A DNA stretch of 64,000 nucleotides, taken from contig BTVI01000002.1 of assembly GCA_045862955.1 (NCBI GenBank), positions 90,090-154,089 on the forward strand. Direction: 5' to 3'. The DNA comes from Fimbriimonadales bacterium (GTDB lineage: Bacteria > Armatimonadota > Fimbriimonadia > Fimbriimonadales > JABRVX01). Position 1 is the first letter of the stretch; each line of letters starts with the position of its first letter. The notes beneath the pieces are model-generated. The model was not told the DNA's origin and did no database searches. It saw only the letters and a program-made list of their open reading frames with translations. A program made the position numbers and the translations under genes. Of the stretch, positions 9,389 to 18,931 are shown piece by piece.

Positions 9389-12004
9389 GTGGACAACGAG
9401 GTCATCTCCAGCGGTATCGCACCGCTGGACGAGGCAATACAGGGACTTCGGCTCGGAGACAACGTCGTCTGGAGAGTCGCCAACCTCGCCGACTACAAGT
9501 ATTTCGCCGAGCCTTTCGCCCGCCATTCCATCTCCGAAGGCCGGGACTGCTACTATCTGCGTTTCGCGCCACACGAGCCCATCGTAAGCTCGGTCCCCGG
9601 GGTCGAGACCATTGAGCTGAATCCGAAGCAGGGCTTCGACGCTTTCACCGGCGAGGTGTACGACCTGGCCGAGCGGCTCGGCGAAGAGGTCTTCTACGTT
9701 TTCGACAATCTCTCGGCGCTGGTGGAGGAGTGGGCGACCGACGAGCTGCTGGCCAACTTCTTCCAGGTGACCTGCCCGTTCCTCTACGAGCTGCGCACGA
9801 TTGCTTACTTCGCGCTCTCACGCCAGCAACACCCTCACAGTGCGGTGGCCAGGCTTCGCGACACCCCGCAGGTACTGCTGGACGTGTACCGCGTGAAGGG
9901 GCAGATGTATGTCCACCCGATCAAGGTGCTGGGCCGCTACTCCCCCCATATGTTCGTGCCGCACGCCGTTTCCCCCGACGGCTGGACACACGTCGTGCAG
10001 AGCGGCGATGCTGCCACCGTAACTGCAGCCGCCCGAAAGGCACCGCTGGGCGGCCCCATCACGCAGACTGCGCCATGGGAACGCGTGTACCGCAAGCTTC
10101 TGCAGTTCGTGGAGGACGGCGACGAGGTGCCGGAGCAGAACCCCGAGATTCGCGAGCTGAAGAGCCATCTCTGTCGCATGGTCATGGGCAGTCACCCGGG
10201 CTTCGACCGCCTGGCTGATAGGTACTTCACGCTAGATGACCTGCTGAGTGTACGCAATCGTCTGATCGGTTCGGGGCGCGTAGGGGGCAAAGCGGCGGGG
10301 ATGCTGCTCGCCCGCGCCATCTTGCGCTCGGAAGCCGAAGAAGTGGCACTCGATTACGGACCCGTTCTGGAGCGACACGACTCCTTCTACATCGGGTCGG
10401 ACGTCTTCTTTACGTTTCTGGTGAGGAACCAACTCTTCCGCGATCGGTTGCACATCAGTCATAGGGCTGAGATCTCGCCTGAGGAGTTCGAAGAGATCGG
10501 GCGGCGGTTTCAGTCCGGAACCTTCCCCGCGGAGATCGTAGACCAGTTCCGCAGCATGATTGACTACTACGGACAGGCTCCGATCATCGTGCGGTCTAGC
10601 AGTCTGTTGGAAGACAGCTTCGGTAACGCCTTCGCGGGCAAATACCACAGCGAGTTCTTGGCTAATCAGGGCTCGCCGGAGGAGAGACTCGAATCGCTAA
10701 TGGCTGCGATCAAGCGTGTGTACGCGAGTGCGCTCAGCCCGGACGCGCTAGCCTACCGCAAGCGACGTGGCCTGCTCCGAAACACGGAACAGATGGCGGT
10801 GTTAGTGCAGCGAGTTTCGGGCATGCCGTATCGCAACTGGTTTTTCCCTGCGCTCGCGGGCGTCGCCTTTTCGCGGAACATGTACGCATGGACCGACCGG
10901 ATCGACCCTAAGCAGGGCGTAATTCGACTGGTCTTCGGGCTGGGCACGCGTGCCGTGGAGCGCGTGGGAGGCGACTATCCCCGCATGATCCCTGTTAGTG
11001 CTCCCTTCCTCCGGCCAGAGACGGGGCTGGACATCGCTGTGCACTCACAGCACGCTGTAGACGTGTTGGACATGACAGCCAACCGTGAGGTGACACTACC
11101 ACTGACCGAGGTGCTGCGTGATCTCGACTACCCGGGCATGCATTACTTCGTTTCTCAGCGCACCGACGATGACATTCAGCATCCTGTTAGTAATCGCGTG
11201 GAGGGCCCCGCAGAGAGGCTGGTGCTAACGTTCGAGAACCTGCTGCGTCGCACGGACTTCGTGTCCACGCTGGGTGGGCTTCTCGCACGCTTGGACTCGG
11301 CATATGGTATGGCAGTGGATGTGGAGTTTACGGCGCACGTTCGACAGGACGGCTCGGTCAGGGTCAACCTCCTGCAGTGCCGCCCGATGACCTTGCCGGG
11401 CGCGGCAGAGCGTGTTACGGTTCCCAGCGATCTTCCTGCCGAGCGAGTCGTCTTTCGCACGAACAGGATGCTGGCGGGTGGCGAGGTGCACGGCATTCGG
11501 CACATCGTCTACGTAGACACCGCCGCTTACGCAGCCCTGCCGCAGAGCGAGAAGCGGTCGGTGGGACGGGCAGTGGGCAAGATCAACGAGCGATTCGGAT
11601 CGCGAGGGAAGCTCTTGACGATGGGACCAGGCCGCTGGGGGAGCAGCAACCTGGACCTGGGGGTGAACGTCGGATACGCCGATATAAGCAACGCTGCGGT
11701 GCTCGTGGAGATTGCGCGATCGGAGTCGGGGCAGGTTCCCGAAGTCTCCTACGGCACTCATTTCTTCCTAGACCTCGTCGAGGCCGGAGTCATCTATTTG
11801 CCCGTATATCCCGATGAACCGGAGTCCCGGTACAACGAAGCGATGTTACAAGGGGCGCCGTCTGTGCTCAGCGAGGAACTCCCGGAGTTGTCCTCGCTGA
11901 ATGAGCTGCTACGTGTGATAGACGTGCCCGCTGCCACCGGTGGCATGTACGCCCACGTGGTAGCAGACCCCGATAGCCGGCAAGCGGTGTGCTACTTGGA
12001 GTAG
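9389..12004 (+). CDS. PEP/pyruvate-binding (PPDK_N ATP-grasp) protein with an N-terminal RecA/KaiC-like remnant
   Basis: VGGKAAG, IVRSSSLLED-FAGKY, MAVLVQ, GLGTRAV, DVEF, LLQCRP, SYGTHFF; N-terminal SSGIAPLDEAIQGLRLGDNVVW. Confidence 0.85.
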   Translation: MDNEVISSGIAPLDEAIQGLRLGDNVVWRVANLADYKYFAEPFARHSISEGRDCYYLRFAPHEPIVSSVPGVETIELNPKQGFDAFTGEVYDLAERLGEEVFYVFDNLSALVEEWATDELLANFFQVTCPFLYELRTIAYFALSRQQHPHSAVARLRDTPQVLLDVYRVKGQMYVHPIKVLGRYSPHMFVPHAVSPDGWTHVVQSGDAATVTAAARKAPLGGPITQTAPWERVYRKLLQFVEDGDEVPEQNPEIRELKSHLCRMVMGSHPGFDRLADRYFTLDDLLSVRNRLIGSGRVGGKAAGMLLARAILRSEAEEVALDYGPVLERHDSFYIGSDVFFTFLVRNQLFRDRLHISHRAEISPEEFEEIGRRFQSGTFPAEIVDQFRSMIDYYGQAPIIVRSSSLLEDSFGNAFAGKYHSEFLANQGSPEERLESLMAAIKRVYASALSPDALAYRKRRGLLRNTEQMAVLVQRVSGMPYRNWFFPALAGVAFSRNMYAWTDRIDPKQGVIRLVFGLGTRAVERVGGDYPRMIPVSAPFLRPETGLDIAVHSQHAVDVLDMTANREVTLPLTEVLRDLDYPGMHYFVSQRTDDDIQHPVSNRVEGPAERLVLTFENLLRRTDFVSTLGGLLARLDSAYGMAVDVEFTAHVRQDGSVRVNLLQCRPMTLPGAAERVTVPSDLPAERVVFRTNRMLAGGEVHGIRHIVYVDTAAYAALPQSEKRSVGRAVGKINERFGSRGKLLTMGPGRWGSSNLDLGVNVGYADISNAAVLVEIARSESGQVPEVSYGTHFFLDLVEAGVIYLPVYPDEPESRYNEAMLQGAPSVLSEELPELSSLNELLRVIDVPAATGGMYAHVVADPDSRQAVCYLE

Positions 12005-12013
12005 CCGCTCGGG

Positions 12014-12916
12014 TTAGCTCGGCTCGGCTTCGTACAACATCTGGTCCATCATCGACGTAGTGTCCATCAGCTCGAGTACCAAGCCGCGGTGGTGGCGGGT
12101 CCCTCGCTCGCTGGGAGCCAACACCAGCCGGTGCGAGCGTCCGAACATCTCCAACTCCCGATCCGTCAGAAACGCAGCGTCATCGAATACCTGCTCGGCG
12201 AACGTGCGCAGGATGTTCATGCAGATCGTCTTCTGCTCGCGTCCTACGTCGCACATCTCGAGGTCTGGCAGGCCTAGCTTCCTCATGCCGTGAGTGTGCA
12301 GCCACCAGCCACGCGCCTCCTCGACGGCGTCGAAGGCGATGAGCCGCTCGAACGTCTGCTTGGCATTCTCCGACATCATTTCCGTCTTCCATCGCTCGCC
12401 GGTGTAGAAGCGCATGCCTTCGCGGTCATAGATGAGATCCGAGCCCATGAGATCGGCTACCGCATCGGCGAGGTGGGTGAGGAAGTGGAGGTAGTCGCGG
12501 TTCGGCATCGGCTCCTCGGCCACGAAGCGAACAATCACCATGGACTTCGCCTCTCTCATCGTGTCCATCGCCTCCGGCGGCACGATGGCCTCGTCCGAGT
12601 AGAAGTTGGGGTCGAACAAGTGGCGGTTCTTGGGTGGCAGTGAGATGCCTACGTGCGTTCGGATGTCGGTAAGCAGCAGAGCCTCGTCAGTGCTCAGTGC
12701 GGGACGTCCGTAGGAGTTGTGCGGGTTTCCCCGCATCAGTCGGTTGCTGATGGCGTGTTCGGAAGGAAGGCGTTCCTTGGGGGTCCACATCCAGAACTCG
12801 TGGACGGCGGGCTGGGAGCGCTGAACCACAGGGGTGCGTCGAAACAGACGCCTCGCGCCTCGCGCCACCACGTAGAGCACCAGAACGAGTGCAATGGACC
12901 AGCCAAGCTCCCACAC
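12014..12916 (-). CDS. membrane-anchored hypothetical protein (start uncertain, 12916 or 12964)
   Basis: N-terminal TM segment; WLHTHGMRKLGLPDLE motif resembling DUF4261/DUF2314-associated proteins. Confidence 0.6.
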   Translation of the reverse strand: MWELGWSIALVLVLYVVARGARRLFRRTPVVQRSQPAVHEFWMWTPKERLPSEHAISNRLMRGNPHNSYGRPALSTDEALLLTDIRTHVGISLPPKNRHLFDPNFYSDEAIVPPEAMDTMREAKSMVIVRFVAEEPMPNRDYLHFLTHLADAVADLMGSDLIYDREGMRFYTGERWKTEMMSENAKQTFERLIAFDAVEEARGWWLHTHGMRKLGLPDLEMCDVGREQKTICMNILRTFAEQVFDDAAFLTDRELEMFGRSHRLVLAPSERGTRHHRGLVLELMDTTSMMDQMLYEAEPS

Positions 12917-12998
12917 GCCACTGAGTATGACACCCCGGCCGCTGGTACAATGGGCAGTCGCCACTCAAAGGCGATGTCTCGAATCGGGGAGGAACACA

Positions 12999-13466
12999 TT
13001 GGCCAAGGTGCAGCCGGGAGACCGCGTTCGGATCAAGGAGAGACCAGCGACGGAGCAGGACGTTGCGTCCATGACGTATTTCCCCCACTATGCAGGATTG
13101 GAGGGAGAAGTGACCCGCGTGTACGACTCGGGCGAAGCGGCGGTCACGATCGACCCCGACTGTCTCCAACCGGCAGCAGCAGAGATGCATCGTAAGGTTC
13201 AGCAGCGGGTCGCCGATAAGTTCCTGACCGGCCTTTCAGAGGAGGGCCGGAAGCGGCTCACGCCGGAGGAGAAGGAGATCCACCTGAACTACGTCGTGCT
13301 GGTGAATTCCGCCGACCTCGAGCCCGCCAAGACCGCGAAGGCAGCGGCAAAGCCGAAGGTACGGGCCCACGAGGCCGAGCCCGACACGGCTCCGAAGCGC
13401 CCGAGTGCCAAGGACCTGAACAAGGCCGAAGAGGAGTACCTGGCTACTCGCAAGAAGCCGAAGTAG
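12999..13466 (+). CDS. hypothetical protein (SH3/KOW-like N-terminus)
   Basis: TTG after ggggagga RBS; TACAAT -10 box at 12946; VQPGDRVRI...GLEGEVTRV. Confidence 0.7.
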   Translation: MAKVQPGDRVRIKERPATEQDVASMTYFPHYAGLEGEVTRVYDSGEAAVTIDPDCLQPAAAEMHRKVQQRVADKFLTGLSEEGRKRLTPEEKEIHLNYVVLVNSADLEPAKTAKAAAKPKVRAHEAEPDTAPKRPSAKDLNKAEEEYLATRKKPK

Positions 13467-13481
13467 CTAAGTAACCACCTC

Positions 13482-14762
13482 ATGTCACTCCACGAAATCG
13501 TAGCCCCGAATCGACCGCGAGTGCATCGCAGGCCGATCCAGCTCTTCAACATCTCTCTGCTCTGGCTCTCCGTCAACTTCTGGTGGGCGGGAGTGCTGGG
13601 GCTGCTTCTGCCGTTGTTCGTGGAGCGGCTGGTGGGCAGAGACTGGAAAGGCACCTACCTGTTCACCATCGGGGCGGCGGGGGCCGCGCTTTCGAGCATC
13701 ATTCAGCTGGTCATCGGGCCGATTAGCGATCGCACGGTCAGCCGGTTCGGGCGGCGGACTCCCTACGTGTTCATCGGTGTGGTGCTGTCACTGCCCGCGA
13801 TCTATCTCTTCTTTTACGCCCCGCTGGTGTTAGGTAGCTTCGCCTGGTTGTTGTTCGCCTTTTGCTGGGTACAGGTTTGGCTCAACATCAGTAACGGCCC
13901 CTATCAGGCCTTCATTCCGGACTTGGTGCCCGAGGATAGGCAAGGCTTGGCGTCCGCGTTCATGGGGATGATGCTGCTGCTCGGCCAGGCTGGTGGATTC
14001 CTCGCATACATGCTGCTGTCCGAGAAGCTGTTCGTGCTATGCTGGATTATTATCGCCATGCTCGGGCTGTCGGTGCTGTATACTACTATCAGCGTAAGGG
14101 AGCCTCCCTCGACCGTTTCGACACTACCTGCACTTCAATGGTCACACATTCTGCTCGTACCACTGCGACCCTATCCCAGCTTCGTGTGGCTCATGGTATC
14201 GCGCTTCTTCATCAACATGGGTTTTTACACAGCCCTCCCCTTCCTACTCTACTACTTGCAAGACGCGCTGGGCTCTGCTCATCCGGGAGGGGACTTCGCG
14301 AAGCTTGCGTTGCTCTTTACCGGAGGAGCATTGATAGGCAATTGGCCCTCTGGCTGGCTGAGCGATCGTGTTAGCAAGAAGGCAATCGTGTATTTCACCT
14401 GTGCGATGATGGGGGCCTCCGCCATCGCCTTCGTGCTCGACCAAACACTAACAGGCGCGTTCGTGATCGGGTTTGCGTTCGGCCTGAGTTACGGAGCGTT
14501 CGTGGCAGTGGACTGGGCCTTCGCATGCAATCTGGTGCCGAAGGAGCAGGAGGGACGCTACATGGCGGTGTGGCACCTGGCATTTACGGTGCCTCAGGTC
14601 ATCGCGCCATGGGTGGGGCCGGTGGCCGATTGGTTCAATCGCACGTATCCGCACCTGCCGGGCATCGGTTGGCGGGTAGCGTTTTCCATCATCCCGATCT
14701 ATCTCGCCATCGGTGCGTGGGCCATACGCCACGTGAAGGAACGGAAGCCGATCTCGGCTTGA
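13482..14762 (+). CDS. MFS transporter
   Basis: 12 hydrophobic segments; GPISDRTVSRFGRR and GWLSDRVSKK motif A. Confidence 0.92.
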   Translation: MSLHEIVAPNRPRVHRRPIQLFNISLLWLSVNFWWAGVLGLLLPLFVERLVGRDWKGTYLFTIGAAGAALSSIIQLVIGPISDRTVSRFGRRTPYVFIGVVLSLPAIYLFFYAPLVLGSFAWLLFAFCWVQVWLNISNGPYQAFIPDLVPEDRQGLASAFMGMMLLLGQAGGFLAYMLLSEKLFVLCWIIIAMLGLSVLYTTISVREPPSTVSTLPALQWSHILLVPLRPYPSFVWLMVSRFFINMGFYTALPFLLYYLQDALGSAHPGGDFAKLALLFTGGALIGNWPSGWLSDRVSKKAIVYFTCAMMGASAIAFVLDQTLTGAFVIGFAFGLSYGAFVAVDWAFACNLVPKEQEGRYMAVWHLAFTVPQVIAPWVGPVADWFNRTYPHLPGIGWRVAFSIIPIYLAIGAWAIRHVKERKPISA

Positions 14763-14847
14763 GCGGAGGTGCCGCAAGGTTGCGGGCCAGCGACTTCCAT
14801 GATACGCTAGGGGTAGCCTCGCGACGACGTGGGAATTGGTGAGCACG

Positions 14848-15681
14848 ATGAGGATTGGCACTCTAACCGGACTGATGCTCGTTGCCAGTAACGCGTTCGC
14901 TGATAGCTGCGTGGAACTGGTGCGCTTCACGTCCTGCCCTCCAAGTGATGACGCGTCCGTGAGCTACGCGGCACAGTTCCTAGTCGCTTGCAGGGACGAG
15001 CCGGCAGACTACGGCACAACCACCGCGGTGCTGTTTCGTCGGGCGGGCTATCGCGGCTATGAGACTCTGAGCCAGTGTACCAACTGGTTCTTCGGTATGC
15101 CCAAGTCCGCCTACTTCCAGGTCGACTCGAACTTCACACAACCTGGCATCTACGTGTTCCAGGCGGAGGCAGACCCCGCTTGCTCCGACGATCCGTGTGG
15201 AGACCCGCCCTGCAATCTCGACCGCTGTGAGGTTCGCTGGCGAGTTGCAGACATCGCGGTAGACGTGACGCTGCAGAACTACGCATTTAGCGGTCCTGTG
15301 ACCCTGCGTGCGGAGCTTCGCGACCCTGTCAGTGGCGAGGAGGTTCGCCCGACCTGGCTCGTACCAGTTAGCAGCAACGGCACGGTGGTCCTCGACGAGG
15401 CCCCCTTCGGCAGCTGGAAGCTGCGGATCGGCACCCAGGGAGGGCAGTGGCTCAGTCGGGTGCAGGACGTGCTGATTGACAACCGAGCCTATCTGGCACC
15501 TGCGTTCTCGCTGCGGAACGGTGACGCTAACCGTGACGGCTGTGTGGATCTCGCGGACCTCAACTTCGTGTTGTTGCGGTTCGCCCAGACCGCTGGCCCC
15601 GCCGACCTCGACAACGATGGGGAAGTAGGTGTGCCCGACTTGGCCATCGTGCTCGTGAACTTCACGCGCTGTTCGGAATAG
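14848..15681 (+). CDS. secreted protein with a C-terminal dockerin-like domain
   Basis: signal peptide; LRNGDANRDGCVDLADL...ADLDNDGEVGVPDL Ca-binding duplication. Confidence 0.75.
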   Translation: MRIGTLTGLMLVASNAFADSCVELVRFTSCPPSDDASVSYAAQFLVACRDEPADYGTTTAVLFRRAGYRGYETLSQCTNWFFGMPKSAYFQVDSNFTQPGIYVFQAEADPACSDDPCGDPPCNLDRCEVRWRVADIAVDVTLQNYAFSGPVTLRAELRDPVSGEEVRPTWLVPVSSNGTVVLDEAPFGSWKLRIGTQGGQWLSRVQDVLIDNRAYLAPAFSLRNGDANRDGCVDLADLNFVLLRFAQTAGPADLDNDGEVGVPDLAIVLVNFTRCSE

Positions 15682-15685
15682 CCAC

Positions 15686-17242
15686 CTAGTCGAGCACCTG
15701 GCGCACCGAATCGATCACGGTTCCATCCACCCACTTGATCGCAGCGACGACTTTCTCACCGAGCTTCGGCCGCGCCGGAGGCCCGCCGCAGATGGCATCC
15801 ACCTCTCGCTTGATGTCCTCCAGGGGTCGGATCGGAAGCGATGAGCACTTGACTGCGTCTATCAGATCCTGCCGCAGCGGATTGATGGCGATGCCCCGTT
15901 CGGTGACGATAACATCGATCAGCTCCCCAGGCCCACACAGCGTAGTCACTTCGTCCAGGATGACGGGGATGCGGTCACGGAAGGACGGAATAGGTAGCAT
16001 GGTGCACTTGGCAAAGAGGCAGTTCTGCCACCCACCTATTCCGTGCAGCAGTCGTCCGTCCGAGTGCGTAACGACGTTAGCGTTGAAGTTCAAGTCCACC
16101 TCGGTCGCACCCAGCACCGTTACGTCCACCATCGAGGCGAAGTTGCCCTTGCCGTGGTAGTTGTAACTCGTAAACGGGCTAGTGTTCACGTGGCGTGGGT
16201 TGTCCCTCATGGAGCGGACTCCGTCCAGATCGAACGTCTGCCCGTCCAGGATATATTCGACCAAACCCTCTTCGAGCATCTGCACGAGGTACTTGTTGCT
16301 GCCCCCTCGCGCGAACCTCGCCTTGATCCCCTTCTTCCTCATCATCTCGCCGAGGAAGATGGAGAAGGAGAGGGCAGTCCCGCCCGCGCCAGCCTGGAAC
16401 GAGAACCCGTCGCGCACGATGCCTACCTCTTCGCAGAACCGCGCAGCCAACTCTGCTATTAGTAGCCGATCGGGACTGCGCGTGATCTGCGTCGTGCCGG
16501 AAACGATCTTCGCCGGCTCGCCGATGCGATCCATCACAACCACATAGTCCACGTAGTTGCCATGGATCTGCCACGGGATACAAGGAAACGGAACTAGGTT
16601 ATCGGTGACCACGATGACCTTATCTGCATACTGACTGTCCGCGAGTGCGAAACCTAGTAGACCACACGCCGAAGGTCCCGTCACGCCGTTTGCGTTGCCG
16701 AAGGGGTCCGCAGTCGGAGCCGCAATCACTGCTATATCGATATGAACCTCGCCATCCTGCACCGCTTGATAGCGGCCCCCATGCGACCGCAGCACTCCCA
16801 GTCCCCGCATCTTTCCCCGAGAGCAGTACTCTCCCAGCGGCCCATTGAGGCTGCCCTCGATGTGGTGGATCACACCCGATTCCATGTGGTCCACCATGCG
16901 CGCGTGGCAGGGGAACGATGCGCTGGGGAACCACATGAGGTCCTTCGCACCCAGCTCGGCAGCCGCGTCGAATACCGCGCAGGCCACCATGTCACCGTCC
17001 CGAAAGTGGTGGTGGGTGGAGATAGTCATCCCGTCGCGCAACCCACACGCCTGCAGCGCCTCGTGCAGCGAGCCGACCACCTTGTTGCCGTCGGCGGGGT
17101 AGTCGGCGCAACTAGCAATGGGCGGTGCAGCCTTGCGACCCGATGGGCGATACTTACCCACTCCTTGGTAGGGAATGGCCTCTCTGCCGTTCACTTCGGT
17201 CGGAACCCATCGGCCTATCGCGTTTTGCACCAGCTCACTCAT
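15686..17242 (-). CDS. citF: citrate lyase alpha subunit (acyl-ACP/CoA transferase)-like
   Basis: GMTISTHHHFRDGD, RSHGGR, FSFQAGAGG, LGATEVDLNFNANV, VIVTERGIAINP. Confidence 0.92.
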   Translation of the reverse strand: MSELVQNAIGRWVPTEVNGREAIPYQGVGKYRPSGRKAAPPIASCADYPADGNKVVGSLHEALQACGLRDGMTISTHHHFRDGDMVACAVFDAAAELGAKDLMWFPSASFPCHARMVDHMESGVIHHIEGSLNGPLGEYCSRGKMRGLGVLRSHGGRYQAVQDGEVHIDIAVIAAPTADPFGNANGVTGPSACGLLGFALADSQYADKVIVVTDNLVPFPCIPWQIHGNYVDYVVVMDRIGEPAKIVSGTTQITRSPDRLLIAELAARFCEEVGIVRDGFSFQAGAGGTALSFSIFLGEMMRKKGIKARFARGGSNKYLVQMLEEGLVEYILDGQTFDLDGVRSMRDNPRHVNTSPFTSYNYHGKGNFASMVDVTVLGATEVDLNFNANVVTHSDGRLLHGIGGWQNCLFAKCTMLPIPSFRDRIPVILDEVTTLCGPGELIDVIVTERGIAINPLRQDLIDAVKCSSLPIRPLEDIKREVDAICGGPPARPKLGEKVVAAIKWVDGTVIDSVRQVLD

Positions 17243-18440
17243 TGGCAGTCTCTCTCCAGTTCTCAGGTATCAAGCCGCACGCTACGGCCAATTTCACGGT
17301 GCGGAGCGCACGCTTGACGACGGGAGGATCGATCATCTTGCTGCCCAGCGCTACGACACCTAGACCCTTCGCCGTAGCATCTTCATACGCTGTTACGATT
17401 CGCTTGGCCCTCTCGACAGCCTCCGGCGACGGGGCGAACTCCTCGTGAATGGGACGTATCTGGCGTGGGTGGATACAGCCCTTGCCTTCGAAGCCGAGAG
17501 CTTTCGCTTCGCGCACGCTGGCCCGCAGACCTGCCTCATCGTCGATGTCGGAAAACACCGTGTCGATCGGCTGGATGCCTGCGGCTCTCGCTGCGTTTAA
17601 GACCTGGGAGCGCGCCCAAAAGCTTTCGCGACCTTCGGCGGTACGTTCCGCACCTATGTCTGCCGTATAGTCCTCCAAGCCGATGGCCAAGGCACACACG
17701 GAGCGGCATGCCGACGCGATCTCGTAGGCACGGAAAGCGCCCAGTGCGCTCTCGATGATAGGCATTAGATAGGTATCGGAGGCGCCGGACTCGCGCATCG
17801 CTTCGTCCACTTCGCGCACCTGCTCTGCGCTCTCGCACTTCGGGATCAGCACGACATGCACGTTGTGCGGGGCGATCACCCGGATGTCTTCCAGGCCGAG
17901 TGGCAGCTGATTGATACGTACCATTCGCTCGCCACTGCCAAAATCCACCTGCCGGAGTGCGTTGCGAACCAGGAGACGTGCGGAGTCCTTCTCGGTGGGG
18001 GCCACGCTGTCTTCCAGGTCTAAGATATAGCCGTCTGCGCCGTGGAGGCCGGCGTTCGTGAAGAACTTCGGCTCCCCGCCAGGCAGGTACAGCCGCGAGC
18101 GTCGGAACCGCTCCTTCTCAGTAGGGACTTGCGTACACGGTAGAGCCTCCGGCAGCCAAGTGTTCGTATTCAGTGGGTCCGCGCGCTTGACCGCGGCTTC
18201 CAACCGAGCAGCTATCACGTAAGGTAGCGCACCGTAATCTTGCATGGTCACCTTCGCGTGGTGCACTCCCAGCTCGCCCAGCACGTCGCGGACGAAAGAG
18301 CGGATGGAGTCTCCGTACATCGACTCGACGCGGGTCGTCACATCCACTTCGAGCGGCCCACCATCACGCAGCTCGATGGACACCCAACAATCCGATCGTA
18401 CGCGGTCGCCTTGACGCCCAGCAGTGCCAGTCCCACTCAT
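17235..18440 (-). CDS. citE: fused CitD-like ACP + CitE-like (HpcH/HpaI) lyase beta subunit
   Basis: N-terminal ~90 aa resemble CitD (YGDSIR..V..VL...DYGALPYVIAARLEAA); then RRSRLYLPG, ILDLEDSV, IESALG, GLEDY, GFEGKGCIHPRQI, MIDPP. Confidence 0.9.
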   Translation of the reverse strand: MSGTGTAGRQGDRVRSDCWVSIELRDGGPLEVDVTTRVESMYGDSIRSFVRDVLGELGVHHAKVTMQDYGALPYVIAARLEAAVKRADPLNTNTWLPEALPCTQVPTEKERFRRSRLYLPGGEPKFFTNAGLHGADGYILDLEDSVAPTEKDSARLLVRNALRQVDFGSGERMVRINQLPLGLEDIRVIAPHNVHVVLIPKCESAEQVREVDEAMRESGASDTYLMPIIESALGAFRAYEIASACRSVCALAIGLEDYTADIGAERTAEGRESFWARSQVLNAARAAGIQPIDTVFSDIDDEAGLRASVREAKALGFEGKGCIHPRQIRPIHEEFAPSPEAVERAKRIVTAYEDATAKGLGVVALGSKMIDPPVVKRALRTVKLAVACGLIPENWRETANE

Positions 18441-18931
18441 GCCATGCCCCTCTCGCGCTCGAGCTTCTGTAGCGTGTAGTTGAGCAGGCCCCCTGCATCA
18501 CGTATTGCGAGCATCTCGTCCGGCAGTCCTGGGAACCGGTAACTCGATTCGCCGACCGTGATCACGCCCTCGCGCGCATCAATCTCTACCTTGTCACCTT
18601 CGCGATAGGCATAGACCGCCTCAGAGCATTCTACTAACAGCAGGCCCTGATTGAGGGCGGCACGGTAGAAGATGCGTGAGAAGCTACCTGCTACCACCGC
18701 CTGAATGCCAACGGCGCGCAGACCTATCACGGGTTGCTCACGCGAGCTGCCACATCCGAAGTTCTTACCAGCCATGATGATGTCACCCTCGCGCACCCCT
18801 TCGGCGAACTCCGGGTCGAGATCCTCTAGCAAGTGCGGACGGATTTCGTCTGGCGTAGCACATGTGTAGGTGTACTTGCCGGGAAACAGCAGATCGGTAT
18901 TGATGTCGTCTCCGTACTTCCACACCCTCAT
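18437..18931 (-). CDS. LeuD/HacB/DmdB-type hydro-lyase small subunit
   Basis: GDDINTDLLFP, AGKNFGCGSSRE, SFSRIFYR, GGLL. Confidence 0.93.
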   Translation of the reverse strand: MRVWKYGDDINTDLLFPGKYTYTCATPDEIRPHLLEDLDPEFAEGVREGDIIMAGKNFGCGSSREQPVIGLRAVGIQAVVAGSFSRIFYRAALNQGLLLVECSEAVYAYREGDKVEIDAREGVITVGESSYRFPGLPDEMLAIRDAGGLLNYTLQKLERERGMA

